Below, piece by piece: positions 19,229 to 28,802 of a DNA stretch of 64,000 nt. The notes under the pieces are model-generated. The model was not told where the DNA came from. It saw only the letters and a program-made list of their open reading frames with translations, and searched no databases. Position 1 is the stretch's first letter. Each line of letters opens with the position of its first letter. Source of the stretch: Alphaproteobacteria bacterium (GTDB lineage: Bacteria > Pseudomonadota > Alphaproteobacteria > Rs-D84). A program made the position numbers and the translations under genes. The stretch covers positions 2,908 to 66,907 of the forward strand of contig JAFRSV010000010.1 of the NCBI GenBank assembly GCA_017427405.1. The letters run 5' to 3'.

Positions 19229-20134
19229 TTAATCGCTATAATCTGCGGCGACAAGATGCCCACGTGTCGCCACCAATTGATGCCATGCGTTAAGGTATTT
19301 ATCAATAATTGCCTCAATCTCGCTGGGTTTGGTTTTATACGGCACATCGATTTGCACACCGCGGAACACCATCCAAACATTGGTTTGATAATCGTACGAT
19401 ATCTGAATTGATGCGCCAACCGCGGTTTCGACATACGTTCCAACAGATGGGGTAAATTTTATACTGGGCCATGGTCGCCCATCGAATTCATTTGGCATAT
19501 GCATGACATAGGATCCAACCAGTTTGTTATCATCGGAATAGTATTTGTATGGTCGTATATGACTGCGAATAATTTGTTTAAGGGTTATTCCCGATTTTGG
19601 CTTTTTACAGTTAAACCGAAAATATACACCATTGGCATCACACGGCCGGCCATATTCTTCGGAATCGTGACAAAGTGTCATAAGTTTAGATTTTGCCAGA
19701 TTTTTAACATTACCATTTTTATCAATTGCGCCGCTTTTTACATCATCGCGATATGCATACACCAATTTTGATACCTCGTTCGGTTTGATAACGTCCCACA
19801 ATATCCCATATTTAAAAATAACCTCGTTATAATATGTGTTTGAAATATCCCGAAATTTTTCAGGCACTGTTCGAACCAGGCGCGCGGCCGCCAAACTGGC
19901 CAGGGTAAGTTCGGGGCAATCCGAAAATTTTTCTGGGTTGACTTCTTGCAAGGCACCAATTCGGACACGAAATATTTCCGGCAATTGATCGAGTTCGGTT
20001 TTATGTCGGTCCAATTCCTTATTCAGTTCGATTGTTTGTTGATCACGAAATTCTTCCTCTGCCTTGGCCACGATCTTTGCCATTTCTTCATCCGACTTAA
20101 CCCTATAGACATGTTTATCATACGAATTCGACAT
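19229..20134 (-). CDS. Hypothetical protein
   Basis: 301-aa ORF, AAGG RBS, part of co-oriented cluster. Confidence 0.7.
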   Translation of the reverse strand: MSNSYDKHVYRVKSDEEMAKIVAKAEEEFRDQQTIELNKELDRHKTELDQLPEIFRVRIGALQEVNPEKFSDCPELTLASLAAARLVRTVPEKFRDISNTYYNEVIFKYGILWDVIKPNEVSKLVYAYRDDVKSGAIDKNGNVKNLAKSKLMTLCHDSEEYGRPCDANGVYFRFNCKKPKSGITLKQIIRSHIRPYKYYSDDNKLVGSYVMHMPNEFDGRPWPSIKFTPSVGTYVETAVGASIQISYDYQTNVWMVFRGVQIDVPYKTKPSEIEAIIDKYLNAWHQLVATRGHLVAADYSD

Positions 20135-20148
20135 GTTTTGCCTTTTTA

Positions 20149-20371
20149 TTATCGCGAAATTTTGGTTATTTTATTGAATAATTCAACCAATGCAGCCGAA
20201 AATCTATGCTTTACAATTTTTTTATTTTTTCTTTTCCGTGGCGTCCATCAAGAATTTCAATTTCTTATTGAGTTCATTTTCAAACAAAGAAGCGGCGTTT
20301 ATTTCTGGGGCAAACCAACCATCGCCCATATTAACATACCTAACATATCTGTGTGTTTTGTTTTGAGCCAT
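20149..20371 (-). pseudogene. Small hypothetical gene interrupted by +1 frameshift in an A6 run
   Basis: MAQNKTHRY... stops at 20222; removing one base at 20225-20230 gives 73 aa ending KITKISR*. Confidence 0.55.
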
Positions 20372-20385
20372 TTTTCATCCTTTTT

Positions 20386-20838
20386 TTACCGACCGTTGTC
20401 ATGCCGAAAAATCTGACCACGAACTGTATCATATTCTTTTTTGACGGCTTCATATTTTTCGGAACATTCAAGCCATGCTTTTTCTGCATTAAAGCAATGT
20501 TGATTGTTTGCCCAGTGCATACAAGTTTCATTTGTGCAAGGCACATCAGAACTGTACTTTGGACAATAGAACGTTATCACATCAGATTCACCAGTTAATA
20601 ATCCAAGCAACTGACTTATTTTATCGCCCTGGTGATTTATTATACATGGATAATCCGCAAGCCCCCAAAATTCCGGACGCGGTTTTACGTTTGGCATCCA
20701 CTTAGTTTTCAACTTGGATATTTTCCCACTGGCCGCCGCGAATTCTCCAAATGCACAAATGTTTCGCAGGTCCAATTCCTTTAATTGTTTGCTCAGTTTT
20801 CTGTATTTCTCAAACTGCGCTATTTTTTGTTTCAACAT
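20386..20838 (-). CDS. Cys-rich hypothetical protein
   Basis: 150-aa ORF, AAGGA RBS, C-x7-C-x4-C cluster, ends RHDNGR*. Confidence 0.7.
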   Translation of the reverse strand: MLKQKIAQFEKYRKLSKQLKELDLRNICAFGEFAAASGKISKLKTKWMPNVKPRPEFWGLADYPCIINHQGDKISQLLGLLTGESDVITFYCPKYSSDVPCTNETCMHWANNQHCFNAEKAWLECSEKYEAVKKEYDTVRGQIFRHDNGR

Positions 20839-20851
20839 CTCTTTTCCTTTT

Positions 20852-21386
20852 TTACCGTCTTTTGGCGTGCATTAAACTATCGCGATAGTGTTCAACCGCC
20901 TGTTTATATTCCAAGTAATCCGCCGGCAAAGTTTTTTCAAATGCTTCAACCTGTTTATTCACGCGCACCCTTTTTGTAGATATTTTATAATTTATCACAC
21001 CTATAGCTATAATAAACAATCCCCACGATATAAATAAAATACCGATTCGTTGTCCATAGGTCAGGGGTTTCCTGTCTGTCTTTTCTTCTTTTTTTTAATG
21101 CCTGTTCATTGTATTTGGTGGCACACAATCTATACAGTTCTTCCAAATCTGGTCTTTTCTTGTAAAAAAACCAATCCTTAAAATCTATGCCTATCTGGTA
21201 TTCGTCAAACTCATCATATTTATGAAATGAAAACTGGTATTCGTCACCGATATAAACACGATAAAATTCTTTGCCACTCAAATCTTTAACTATGACATTT
21301 TTATTGCGGATAATATCCAAACATTTTTGGATCATTGGATCATCTGATTGTATTTTTTCTTTTTCAAAATTATCGTTATTCGCCAT
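20852..21386 (-). pseudogene. Membrane protein gene interrupted by +1 frameshift in an A8 run
   Basis: Removing one base at 21089-21096 gives 177 aa with TM helix IGILFISWGLFIIAIGVI, ending HAKRR* just before the next RBS. Confidence 0.65.
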
Positions 21387-21451
21387 TTTGATACCCTTTG
21401 GTTTTATGGGTATGGTACTATAAAATCACGGCAAGTCAACGATAAATACCC

Positions 21452-21505
21452 CCACTAACACTAACCACTTGCACCCGTCACGACACGTCGTGCCGCGGTT
21501 ACACT
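21452..21505. repeat. Partial copy of AGTG-arm/palindrome element
   Basis: ccactaacactaaccacttgcac followed by ccgtcacgacacgtcgtgccgcgg. Confidence 0.55.
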
Positions 21506-21549
21506 TTTTTAATTTGACTTGCCGGCGATATGGCGATAGTATATGGGTG

Positions 21550-21894
21550 ATGAAAAAAATTCTTGTTTCTTTATTGACCGTATTTACCGCTTTTGGGGCG
21601 CATGCGTATATTGATCGCGACACCGCGGTTTTACAGGTTATGAACAAGGCCGCCGGCAAGACCCAGACGATTATGGCACCCGTGGGCGGGGCGGTCGGTT
21701 TTGAAAAGTTAAACATAACCGTGCGCGCTTGCAAGCAATCTGATCCTTTTGATGCGGAAAATTTCTATGCGTTCACGGAAATTTCGCGCCCCGACGGTGG
21801 TATGATTTATAGTAATTGGTTGGACCGGAATAATCCCGGTAAAAACCCGGTACAAAATGCCGACTATGATATATGGCTTGTGCGGTGTGAATAG
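21550..21894 (+). CDS. DUF2155 domain secreted protein
   Basis: Signal peptide; AVLQVMNK, LNITVRAC, YSNW, YDIWLVRC. Confidence 0.8.
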   Translation: MKKILVSLLTVFTAFGAHAYIDRDTAVLQVMNKAAGKTQTIMAPVGGAVGFEKLNITVRACKQSDPFDAENFYAFTEISRPDGGMIYSNWLDRNNPGKNPVQNADYDIWLVRCE

Positions 21895-21916
21895 TTTTTA
21901 GTTTCGGGGGGATAAT

Positions 21917-22237
21917 ATGAAAAAAATCATTGTTCGTGGAATCGTCTTTTTTGTGGGGCTTGGTGTGTTGTTGATGGCGATATTTGTGTTCTTTACATTA
22001 CCGCGCAAAGACGCCGCGTTGGAAAGTGCATATTTAAAAGATTGGCGCAGTGCGACGGTTGAACGGCGAATTGCCGCCGCGCGTGTTTTAACCGCATCGG
22101 AAAATAATCTTGAACTGTTGGTGGCATGTGTTGATAAAATGGCAACTTTGCCGGATTCCGCGGATATGCCGGTGCGCGACGCGATGGAACTTTGTTTTGT
22201 TGGAATACAATTAAAGAACACTGTGTACGAAGAATAA
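21917..22237 (+). CDS. Hypothetical membrane protein
   Basis: N-terminal TM helix; TAATG coupling with next gene. Confidence 0.7.
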   Translation: MKKIIVRGIVFFVGLGVLLMAIFVFFTLPRKDAALESAYLKDWRSATVERRIAAARVLTASENNLELLVACVDKMATLPDSADMPVRDAMELCFVGIQLKNTVYEE

Positions 22238-22929
22238 TGTGGCGGGCGATATTTCTGTTTTTTTTGGTCGGTTGTGTGGGCGGCAATGTGGACGTGGATT
22301 TTGGCGCAAAATATATTGGTGTGCGGTATGCAACCGATCCGTTGGGCGAAATGAAATCGCCGGACAATGACCCGCTTATTCGATTTGATGCGTTTGATTG
22401 CACAACATTTGTTGAAACGGTTTTGGCGGGGGCCGATGTGCAAAAACTAAATAAAATTAGGTATTCGGACGGCGTGCCGGACTTTGTTCGGCGAAACCAT
22501 TTTATTGAAACAGATTGGCTTTCCAACAATTCCGATATTGTTCAAAATGTAAGTAATCGTTATGCGCCAACCGCCATACATACGGTCACGATTGATAAAA
22601 AGAATTGGTTTCGGGTCATGCACAATATGGACACGGACTTTTCGCCACGTACCGCGCGTTTGGAATATATTCCGTATAAATATGCCACGGATATTCGGGT
22701 TTTGACCCCGGTTGTTGTGTTGTTTTTACGCGATGATCCAAAGATTTGTGATAAAATCGGCACCGATTTGGCGGTGCGACATATGGGTTTTTTGTTGCCG
22801 AACGGGCGGTTCCGTCACGCATCGCGGCGCGCGGGCGCGGTTGTTGAAACACCCTTTCGCGAATACGTGCAAAGAATGATGGAAAGTGAAAAAAATTTGG
22901 GTATAATGATTTTGGAAATAAAGAAATGA
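22237..22929 (+). CDS. DUF1460 (NlpC/P60-like N-acetylmuramoyl-L-alanine amidase) lipoprotein
   Basis: LVGC lipobox; FDCTTFVETVLA, RNHF, HMG, HAS. Confidence 0.85.
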   Translation: MWRAIFLFFLVGCVGGNVDVDFGAKYIGVRYATDPLGEMKSPDNDPLIRFDAFDCTTFVETVLAGADVQKLNKIRYSDGVPDFVRRNHFIETDWLSNNSDIVQNVSNRYAPTAIHTVTIDKKNWFRVMHNMDTDFSPRTARLEYIPYKYATDIRVLTPVVVLFLRDDPKICDKIGTDLAVRHMGFLLPNGRFRHASRRAGAVVETPFREYVQRMMESEKNLGIMILEIKK

Positions 22930-24047
22930 CAAACGATACAATTATTAAAATGGATATGGGCGCGGCCATTCGTGATACGTCGGATAGCGCGGCTGTTTTA
23001 TGTTTGGGCATTGAATCTTCGTGTGATGAAACCAGTGCGGCAATCGTCGATTCAAACCGAAATATACTTTCACATATAATTTATTCGCAAATTCCGGAGC
23101 ATCAAAAATATGGTGGTGTTGTCCCAGAACTGGCGGCACGGGCGCATATATTGGCCATTGATGAAGTAATAAATCTTGCGCTTTCGCGGGCGGGAAAACG
23201 ATTGGATGATATCGATGTTATTGCGGCGACCGCGGGGCCGGGTCTGATTGGTGGTGTTTTGGTTGGGTGGATGGCGGCAACCGGCATGGCCCAGGCGACC
23301 GGCAAACCATTGGTTGCGGTGAATCATTTGGAAGGTCACGCATTGGTGCCACGCCTTTGCGCCACAACCGCGGATGATAGCAAAGCAAATGTCGATGTAG
23401 AATTTCCGTATTTACTAATGCTTGCGTCCGGGGGCCATTGTCAGATTTTATTGGTGCGAGGTGTTGGGCAATATGAATTGATTGGGCAAACTTTGGATGA
23501 TAGCGCGGGCGAAGCGTTTGACAAGGTTGCAAAGATGTTGGGTCTGGGGTATCCCGGCGGTCCGGTTGTGGATGCGCATGCCAAATTGGGCAATCCGCGG
23601 GCGTTTGATTTTCCGCGACCACTGACCGACAAACCCGGGTGTGATTTTTCATTTAGTGGCATTAAAACCGCGGCGCGTGCAATGTTGGCGCGGTATAATC
23701 CGCCCTATTCTGACGAATTTATAAATGATTTCTGTGCATCGTTTCAGGCGTCTGTTGTCGATTGCATAATAAATCGGTTAAACAATGCGATGAAGACGGA
23801 TGTCGTTCGGGCGTGTGCGCCAAGGACACTGGTGGTTGCGGGCGGTGTCGCGAAAAATAGCGCGATACGCGCGGCGATGGAAGAATTGGCACGCCGGCAC
23901 AATATGATTTTTGCCGCGCCGCCGATGAACCTGTGTACCGACAATGGCGCAATGATTGCCTGGGCGGGAATTGAAAACTATCGGGTAGGCAAAATTGTTC
24001 GTGAACCAATCGCCCCGCGCCCGCGTTGGCCACTTACGGAATTATAG
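22926..24047 (+). CDS. tsaD: tRNA N6-adenosine threonylcarbamoyltransferase TsaD
   Basis: LGIESSCDET, GGVVPELAARAH, VNHLEGH, GEAFDK, CTDNGAMIA. Confidence 0.97.
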   Translation: MTNDTIIKMDMGAAIRDTSDSAAVLCLGIESSCDETSAAIVDSNRNILSHIIYSQIPEHQKYGGVVPELAARAHILAIDEVINLALSRAGKRLDDIDVIAATAGPGLIGGVLVGWMAATGMAQATGKPLVAVNHLEGHALVPRLCATTADDSKANVDVEFPYLLMLASGGHCQILLVRGVGQYELIGQTLDDSAGEAFDKVAKMLGLGYPGGPVVDAHAKLGNPRAFDFPRPLTDKPGCDFSFSGIKTAARAMLARYNPPYSDEFINDFCASFQASVVDCIINRLNNAMKTDVVRACAPRTLVVAGGVAKNSAIRAAMEELARRHNMIFAAPPMNLCTDNGAMIAWAGIENYRVGKIVREPIAPRPRWPLTEL

Positions 24048-24056
24048 GAATGCAAA

Positions 24057-25292
24057 ATGCAAAAACCGGAATCGTTTGTTAAACCCGATATGATTTTTTC
24101 CGTGACCGATGCGTCGGCATTGCTTAAAAATGTTGTTGAAACGGCGTTCCCGGTTATAAAGATTCGGGGGGAACTTTCGCAAATCACGCGTGCAACATCG
24201 GGACACATGTATATGACGATAAAGGATTCCGGGGCCGCGATGTCTGTGATTATATGGCGTGGAACACCCGTGAATTTTGCGTTGTCCGATGGACTAGAGG
24301 TTATAATTACCGGGCGGCTTACCACATATCCGGCACGCAGTAATTATCAGATTGTGGCTTCTAGTATCGAAATGGCGGGCGTTGGTGCAATCCTTAAAAT
24401 GTTGGAAGAACGGAAACAGAAATTGGCGGCCGAGGGGTTATTTGACGTGGCGCGTAAAAAGCCGTTGCCCAAATTACCAGCAACAATCGGTGTGGTCACC
24501 AGTCCGACCGGTGCCGCTTTCCAGGATATCCAAAATCGCCTGCGCGAACGATTTCCGGTGCATGTAATTTTATACCCCGCAACCGTCCAAGGCACAACCG
24601 CCGCGGCCGAGGTTGCCGCCGGTGTTGAATATTTTAACCGCGCAAAAAATGTCGATGTTATAATTGTTGCGCGTGGCGGTGGGGCATTGGAAGATTTGTT
24701 GCCTTTTTCCGAAGAAATCGTTGTGCGTGCGGTTGCAAACAGTAAAATTCCGGTTATAACGGGCGTTGGACATGAACCGGACTGGATGCTGGTTGATTTT
24801 GCGGCGGACCACCGCGCGCCCACCCCGACCGGTGCGGCCGAAGCCGTTGTTCCAACAAAAATATCATTGATTCAGGATCTTGAAAACATGTTCCATCGGT
24901 TATCGGTTGGTTTTGCCACAAAATTTCAGAACCTTAGACAGAAAATCGAAAATATAAATATAAAAAGTCCGCGGCAAATGGTTATGGAACGCGCACAACG
25001 TTTGGACGACATTACGCGGACACTGGGCGTTATAATAAATGCGAAAATGACGGATGCGAAACATAAAATGGAAATTGTTGCGCGCGCACCCGATATAATG
25101 AATAACAAAATGCTAAATTTAAGACGTGGTTTGGAACACAATGGGCAAATGTTAAATTCATTGGGGTATAAAAATGTCTTGGCACGCGGGTATGCGATTG
25201 CGCGGGCGGCGGATGGTGCGATTATATCAAGTGTGGCGGCCACAACTAAAATCGCATCGGTTGAATTTGCAGATGGGCTTGTAAATATATAA
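24057..25292 (+). CDS. xseA: Exodeoxyribonuclease VII large subunit
   Basis: SGHMY, VTSPTGAA, ARGGGALEDL, GVGHE, APTPTGAAE, VLARGY. Confidence 0.95.
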   Translation: MQKPESFVKPDMIFSVTDASALLKNVVETAFPVIKIRGELSQITRATSGHMYMTIKDSGAAMSVIIWRGTPVNFALSDGLEVIITGRLTTYPARSNYQIVASSIEMAGVGAILKMLEERKQKLAAEGLFDVARKKPLPKLPATIGVVTSPTGAAFQDIQNRLRERFPVHVILYPATVQGTTAAAEVAAGVEYFNRAKNVDVIIVARGGGALEDLLPFSEEIVVRAVANSKIPVITGVGHEPDWMLVDFAADHRAPTPTGAAEAVVPTKISLIQDLENMFHRLSVGFATKFQNLRQKIENINIKSPRQMVMERAQRLDDITRTLGVIINAKMTDAKHKMEIVARAPDIMNNKMLNLRRGLEHNGQMLNSLGYKNVLARGYAIARAADGAIISSVAATTKIASVEFADGLVNI

Positions 25293-25321
25293 CAAACACC
25301 GCCATTTCGGCGGTGTTTGTT
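25291..25321. terminator. Bidirectional intrinsic terminator
   Basis: aacaaacaccgcc-atttc-ggcggtgtttgtt. Confidence 0.75.
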
Positions 25322-25335
25322 TAAGTGCGACATGT

Positions 25336-26592
25336 TTATTTTGCCTTTCCTTGTGTCGCCCACATTTGCGACATTTGACGTGCAACAGAATCAGCATAAG
25401 ATAGAACACGGTTAAATTCATCATAACGCACATCAACTTTTTCTCGTTCGTGCTTTAATTCACGAATTTGGCGTTCCAATTCCGCCGACCCCGTGAATTT
25501 TACCTCTGGCTTTGTAACGGCAATTACTTCACTGTAATTGATATGCATTCCGATATTGTCGCCTGGTGTCGCATAAAACGATTTTGAACCAATATTTGGC
25601 ACGTTTTCACCTAACCACACTGGGGTTGTAGCAATTTCATAATCGGTATCATGCACAAATATTTCCGTTCTTGAAACCTTGCCATCTTTGGTTTTCTTTG
25701 CAATGCGCCATTTACCGCCCCCAAGGGTTTCAACGTTATATTCCGCATTTTGGTCAGCAAAGAAATCGACCGGTAATTTGGAATCATACAACCATAATTT
25801 CTTTTCCGTAACCAATGCCGAGTTATTAAGTTCCCAATCACAATAACCAACATAGCAACCGCCTTCACTATATTCGACACAACCAGCATTTACAGCGTTC
25901 ATTCCGCCAGCAAAGTGTTTGGCGTGTTTTCGTTCGATTGATTTACGGCGGAGGTACATTTCATTACACATTTCAAGCGTGGTTTCTTTTACTGTTTTGA
26001 CAATTTCCTGCTGGCGTGACTCACCATAAGATGTTTTTTCAAGGTTTAACGATTTAACAATCGATTCAACCGCCCAATCAGAAAACCATTCAAATTCTGT
26101 GTTTGGTTCGCCGGCATCTTTGTATGCGCCATACATAATGAATTCGTCGTTGCTTAATACATCTTGGACAGTTTCCTTATCAAAGGACAAACCGTATATC
26201 TTTAATTTTGATTCCAGGATTTCTGTATAAGTTTCTGCAATTTTGTTCCCGGCGGTGAACACTTCGTTTTTCATCGCGTACATCGGACTGTTTTTATATT
26301 CCAATGTTCTAATACTGTCATCCAACGCATTTGCAGCCCGCCAAAGAGAATCAGAACCTTCGGGAAACCCGTTTGCTTGGACAATAGAGTCACGAACATG
26401 TTTTTCATATTCGTATATACGATTGCGTTCGGCCCGTTCATCGCATTGCGCCTTTTGTTGTTTAGATTCTGTCTGTGCTTTGGATGATTTTTGTTCTGGT
26501 TGCGAATTCTTGTCATCTTTGCCACCGCACGAAGACACGGCGGTTGCCAATAACAAACCTAATCCGAATGTTTTGAACATTTGTTTTCTCAT
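25336..26592 (-). CDS. Hypothetical lipoprotein
   Basis: Signal peptide with VSSC lipobox; AGGAG RBS. Confidence 0.7.
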   Translation of the reverse strand: MRKQMFKTFGLGLLLATAVSSCGGKDDKNSQPEQKSSKAQTESKQQKAQCDERAERNRIYEYEKHVRDSIVQANGFPEGSDSLWRAANALDDSIRTLEYKNSPMYAMKNEVFTAGNKIAETYTEILESKLKIYGLSFDKETVQDVLSNDEFIMYGAYKDAGEPNTEFEWFSDWAVESIVKSLNLEKTSYGESRQQEIVKTVKETTLEMCNEMYLRRKSIERKHAKHFAGGMNAVNAGCVEYSEGGCYVGYCDWELNNSALVTEKKLWLYDSKLPVDFFADQNAEYNVETLGGGKWRIAKKTKDGKVSRTEIFVHDTDYEIATTPVWLGENVPNIGSKSFYATPGDNIGMHINYSEVIAVTKPEVKFTGSAELERQIRELKHEREKVDVRYDEFNRVLSYADSVARQMSQMWATQGKAK

Positions 26593-26682
26593 ATTTTGTC
26601 TCCTGTTGTTTTGATTTTACATTTATAAATATAGACCAAAAAACAACATTGTCAAGTGATTTGTAAAAACATTTTTACACTG

Positions 26683-28332
26683 TTATTTAATCAATGTTTT
26701 GGCGGTGGCAATTGATTCGGGGGTTATTTCTGCACCACTAATTATTCGTGCGATTTCGTTTAATCTTTCGCCCCCCGTAATTTCACGAACGGTTGTTGTG
26801 GTTGTTTTGCCGTTCGTTGTTTTTTCAATCTTGAAATGGCGGTCGGCAAAACCCGCAACCTGGGCCGAATGGGTTATAACCAATGCCTGGCTATCGTGCG
26901 CAAGACGGTTCAGGCGATTGCCGACGGCACTTGCGGTCGCACCACTGATACCGGTATCAACCTCGTCAAAAACAAATGTGTGCGAAGAATCGTTGTCCGC
27001 CAAAACCACCCGCATAGCAAGCATTAAACGTGCCAGTTCACCACCCGACGCAGCACGATGTAATGGCGCAAACGGCATTCCGGGGTTTGTCTTTATCATA
27101 AACAAAACATCGTCCGCGCCCGTCGCCGATGGTTCGCGTGGCGCGATTTCAACATTAAAATCCGCGTTTCCAAGTTTCAAATCGGGCAATTCCGATAGTA
27201 ATCGTGTGTGTAATTCGGTCGCTGCGCGCTTGCGTTTTTCGGTAAGTTCACGCGCCGCCAATTGGTACGCATCGTGTGTGCGCGCAACAATTGACTTTAA
27301 CCTTTTTAATTCGTCATCTGAATTAGTTATCGTATTTAACTGTGATTCCATTTCAATCAATTTTTGTGGCAAATCATCGGCCGCAACATGATGCTTGCGC
27401 GATGCCGCGCGAATTGCAAAAAGTCGTTCTTCGATTGAATCGACCGTATCGGTATCAATTTCGTTTGGTGCAATTTGCGCGGATACACGCGCAACAATTT
27501 CCGCCGCGTTATATAACGCATCTATTTGTTCCGAATACGGATTTGTTTCGCCCCGCACACGTTCCAAGATATGCGCCACCGTAAAAATCTGTGCATCCAA
27601 TGTGTCGCCGCCGCGCCCCATTGCCGCAACCGCGTCCGCCAGAATCGCCGCGTTCTTTTCGGCATTTATCATATCGGCGCGTTTTGTGGCAAGTTCGCTT
27701 TCTTCGCCAATGTGCACATTTAGTGCCCGCAATTCTGCGATGTTATGTTCAAGGTATTCTTGTTCCGCCACATTTTTATCGAGGAAATTTTGGACTTCTT
27801 GTAATTTTTTTGTTGCCACGTGGTATTCGTTATATGCATTGGCAACATTAGTTAAAAATGTTGCGAAATCATCAAGATTTTTTATTGCAAAATTATCAAG
27901 TGCCACACGGTGTGTTGCCGCATCAAGCAGTGTATGATTTGCAAACTGACCATGAATTTCGACCAACAAATCCCCAACAGATTTAAGAACACGCACCGAT
28001 ACGGGTGTATCGTTTATCCATGCGCGACTTTTTCCATCCACGCCAAGTGTTCGGCGCAAAATAATTGTATCGTCGTGTTCAATTTCCATTTCGTCCAAGA
28101 TTGTTGCAGCGGCCATGGGACAAGAATCAAATTCCGCGGTGACAGATGCCGTGTCCGTGCCATGTCGCACAAGACCCACATCCGACCGCGCCCCAAGTGC
28201 AAGTGATAACGCATCAAGCAATATACTTTTCCCGGCACCCGTTTCACCGGTCAATATATTCAATCCCGAACCAAATTCAAGATTTAGTTTATCAATAAGA
28301 ACAATGTTAGAAATCGTTAAATGCGTCAACAT
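26683..28332 (-). CDS. recN: DNA repair protein RecN
   Basis: LTGETGAGKS, EIHGQ, ASGGELAR, FDEVDTGISG, ITHSAQVA. Confidence 0.95.
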   Translation of the reverse strand: MLTHLTISNIVLIDKLNLEFGSGLNILTGETGAGKSILLDALSLALGARSDVGLVRHGTDTASVTAEFDSCPMAAATILDEMEIEHDDTIILRRTLGVDGKSRAWINDTPVSVRVLKSVGDLLVEIHGQFANHTLLDAATHRVALDNFAIKNLDDFATFLTNVANAYNEYHVATKKLQEVQNFLDKNVAEQEYLEHNIAELRALNVHIGEESELATKRADMINAEKNAAILADAVAAMGRGGDTLDAQIFTVAHILERVRGETNPYSEQIDALYNAAEIVARVSAQIAPNEIDTDTVDSIEERLFAIRAASRKHHVAADDLPQKLIEMESQLNTITNSDDELKRLKSIVARTHDAYQLAARELTEKRKRAATELHTRLLSELPDLKLGNADFNVEIAPREPSATGADDVLFMIKTNPGMPFAPLHRAASGGELARLMLAMRVVLADNDSSHTFVFDEVDTGISGATASAVGNRLNRLAHDSQALVITHSAQVAGFADRHFKIEKTTNGKTTTTTVREITGGERLNEIARIISGAEITPESIATAKTLIK

Positions 28333-28352
28333 ATCAATGCAATAATACCCCT

Positions 28353-28802
28353 TTATATTACATTTTCCAGTGTAAAATCGTTTAACCAAAGTATTTTACA
28401 TTTGATATTAAACATCGGAAAAAATTCCTTTAACAATTTATAGTATTCCGTTAATTGCACGCGATATTTTTCATAATACCGTTTTTTATCAATATCTGTT
28501 TTATAATCTAAAACAATAACGGTTTTTGCAGTTTCGTTTACATATAACCTGTCTATGCGACGACTTAGGAACGCGCCATCAATATATCCCGCCAATGGAA
28601 CTTCGGCGCGTGAAAGCGACCCCATAATTTCAAACAATTCCGCATTGCTTTTTATTTTTGAAATCATATCCGCCGGCCCAATAAAATCGCCATTGCAAAA
28701 TTTAATCTTTGCCATGCGCGCATGCACATCCGTCCCCGTATGCGTTGCGAATTCTTTTGATTCTAGGTCATGTATAATTTTGTGTAATTTAGTTTGCTTC
28801 AT
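28353..28802 (-). CDS. Stand-alone RecB-family PD-(D/E)XK nuclease (AddA nuclease domain)
   Basis: GTDVH, EVPL, RIDRL, VLDYKTD, QLTEY. Confidence 0.85.
   Translation of the reverse strand: MKQTKLHKIIHDLESKEFATHTGTDVHARMAKIKFCNGDFIGPADMISKIKSNAELFEIMGSLSRAEVPLAGYIDGAFLSRRIDRLYVNETAKTVIVLDYKTDIDKKRYYEKYRVQLTEYYKLLKEFFPMFNIKCKILWLNDFTLENVI

Noticed and set aside
19207-19443. N-terminal extension of the 18442..19443 ORF
   Set aside because: Overlaps the 19229..20134 gene; a good RBS precedes ATG at 19206.
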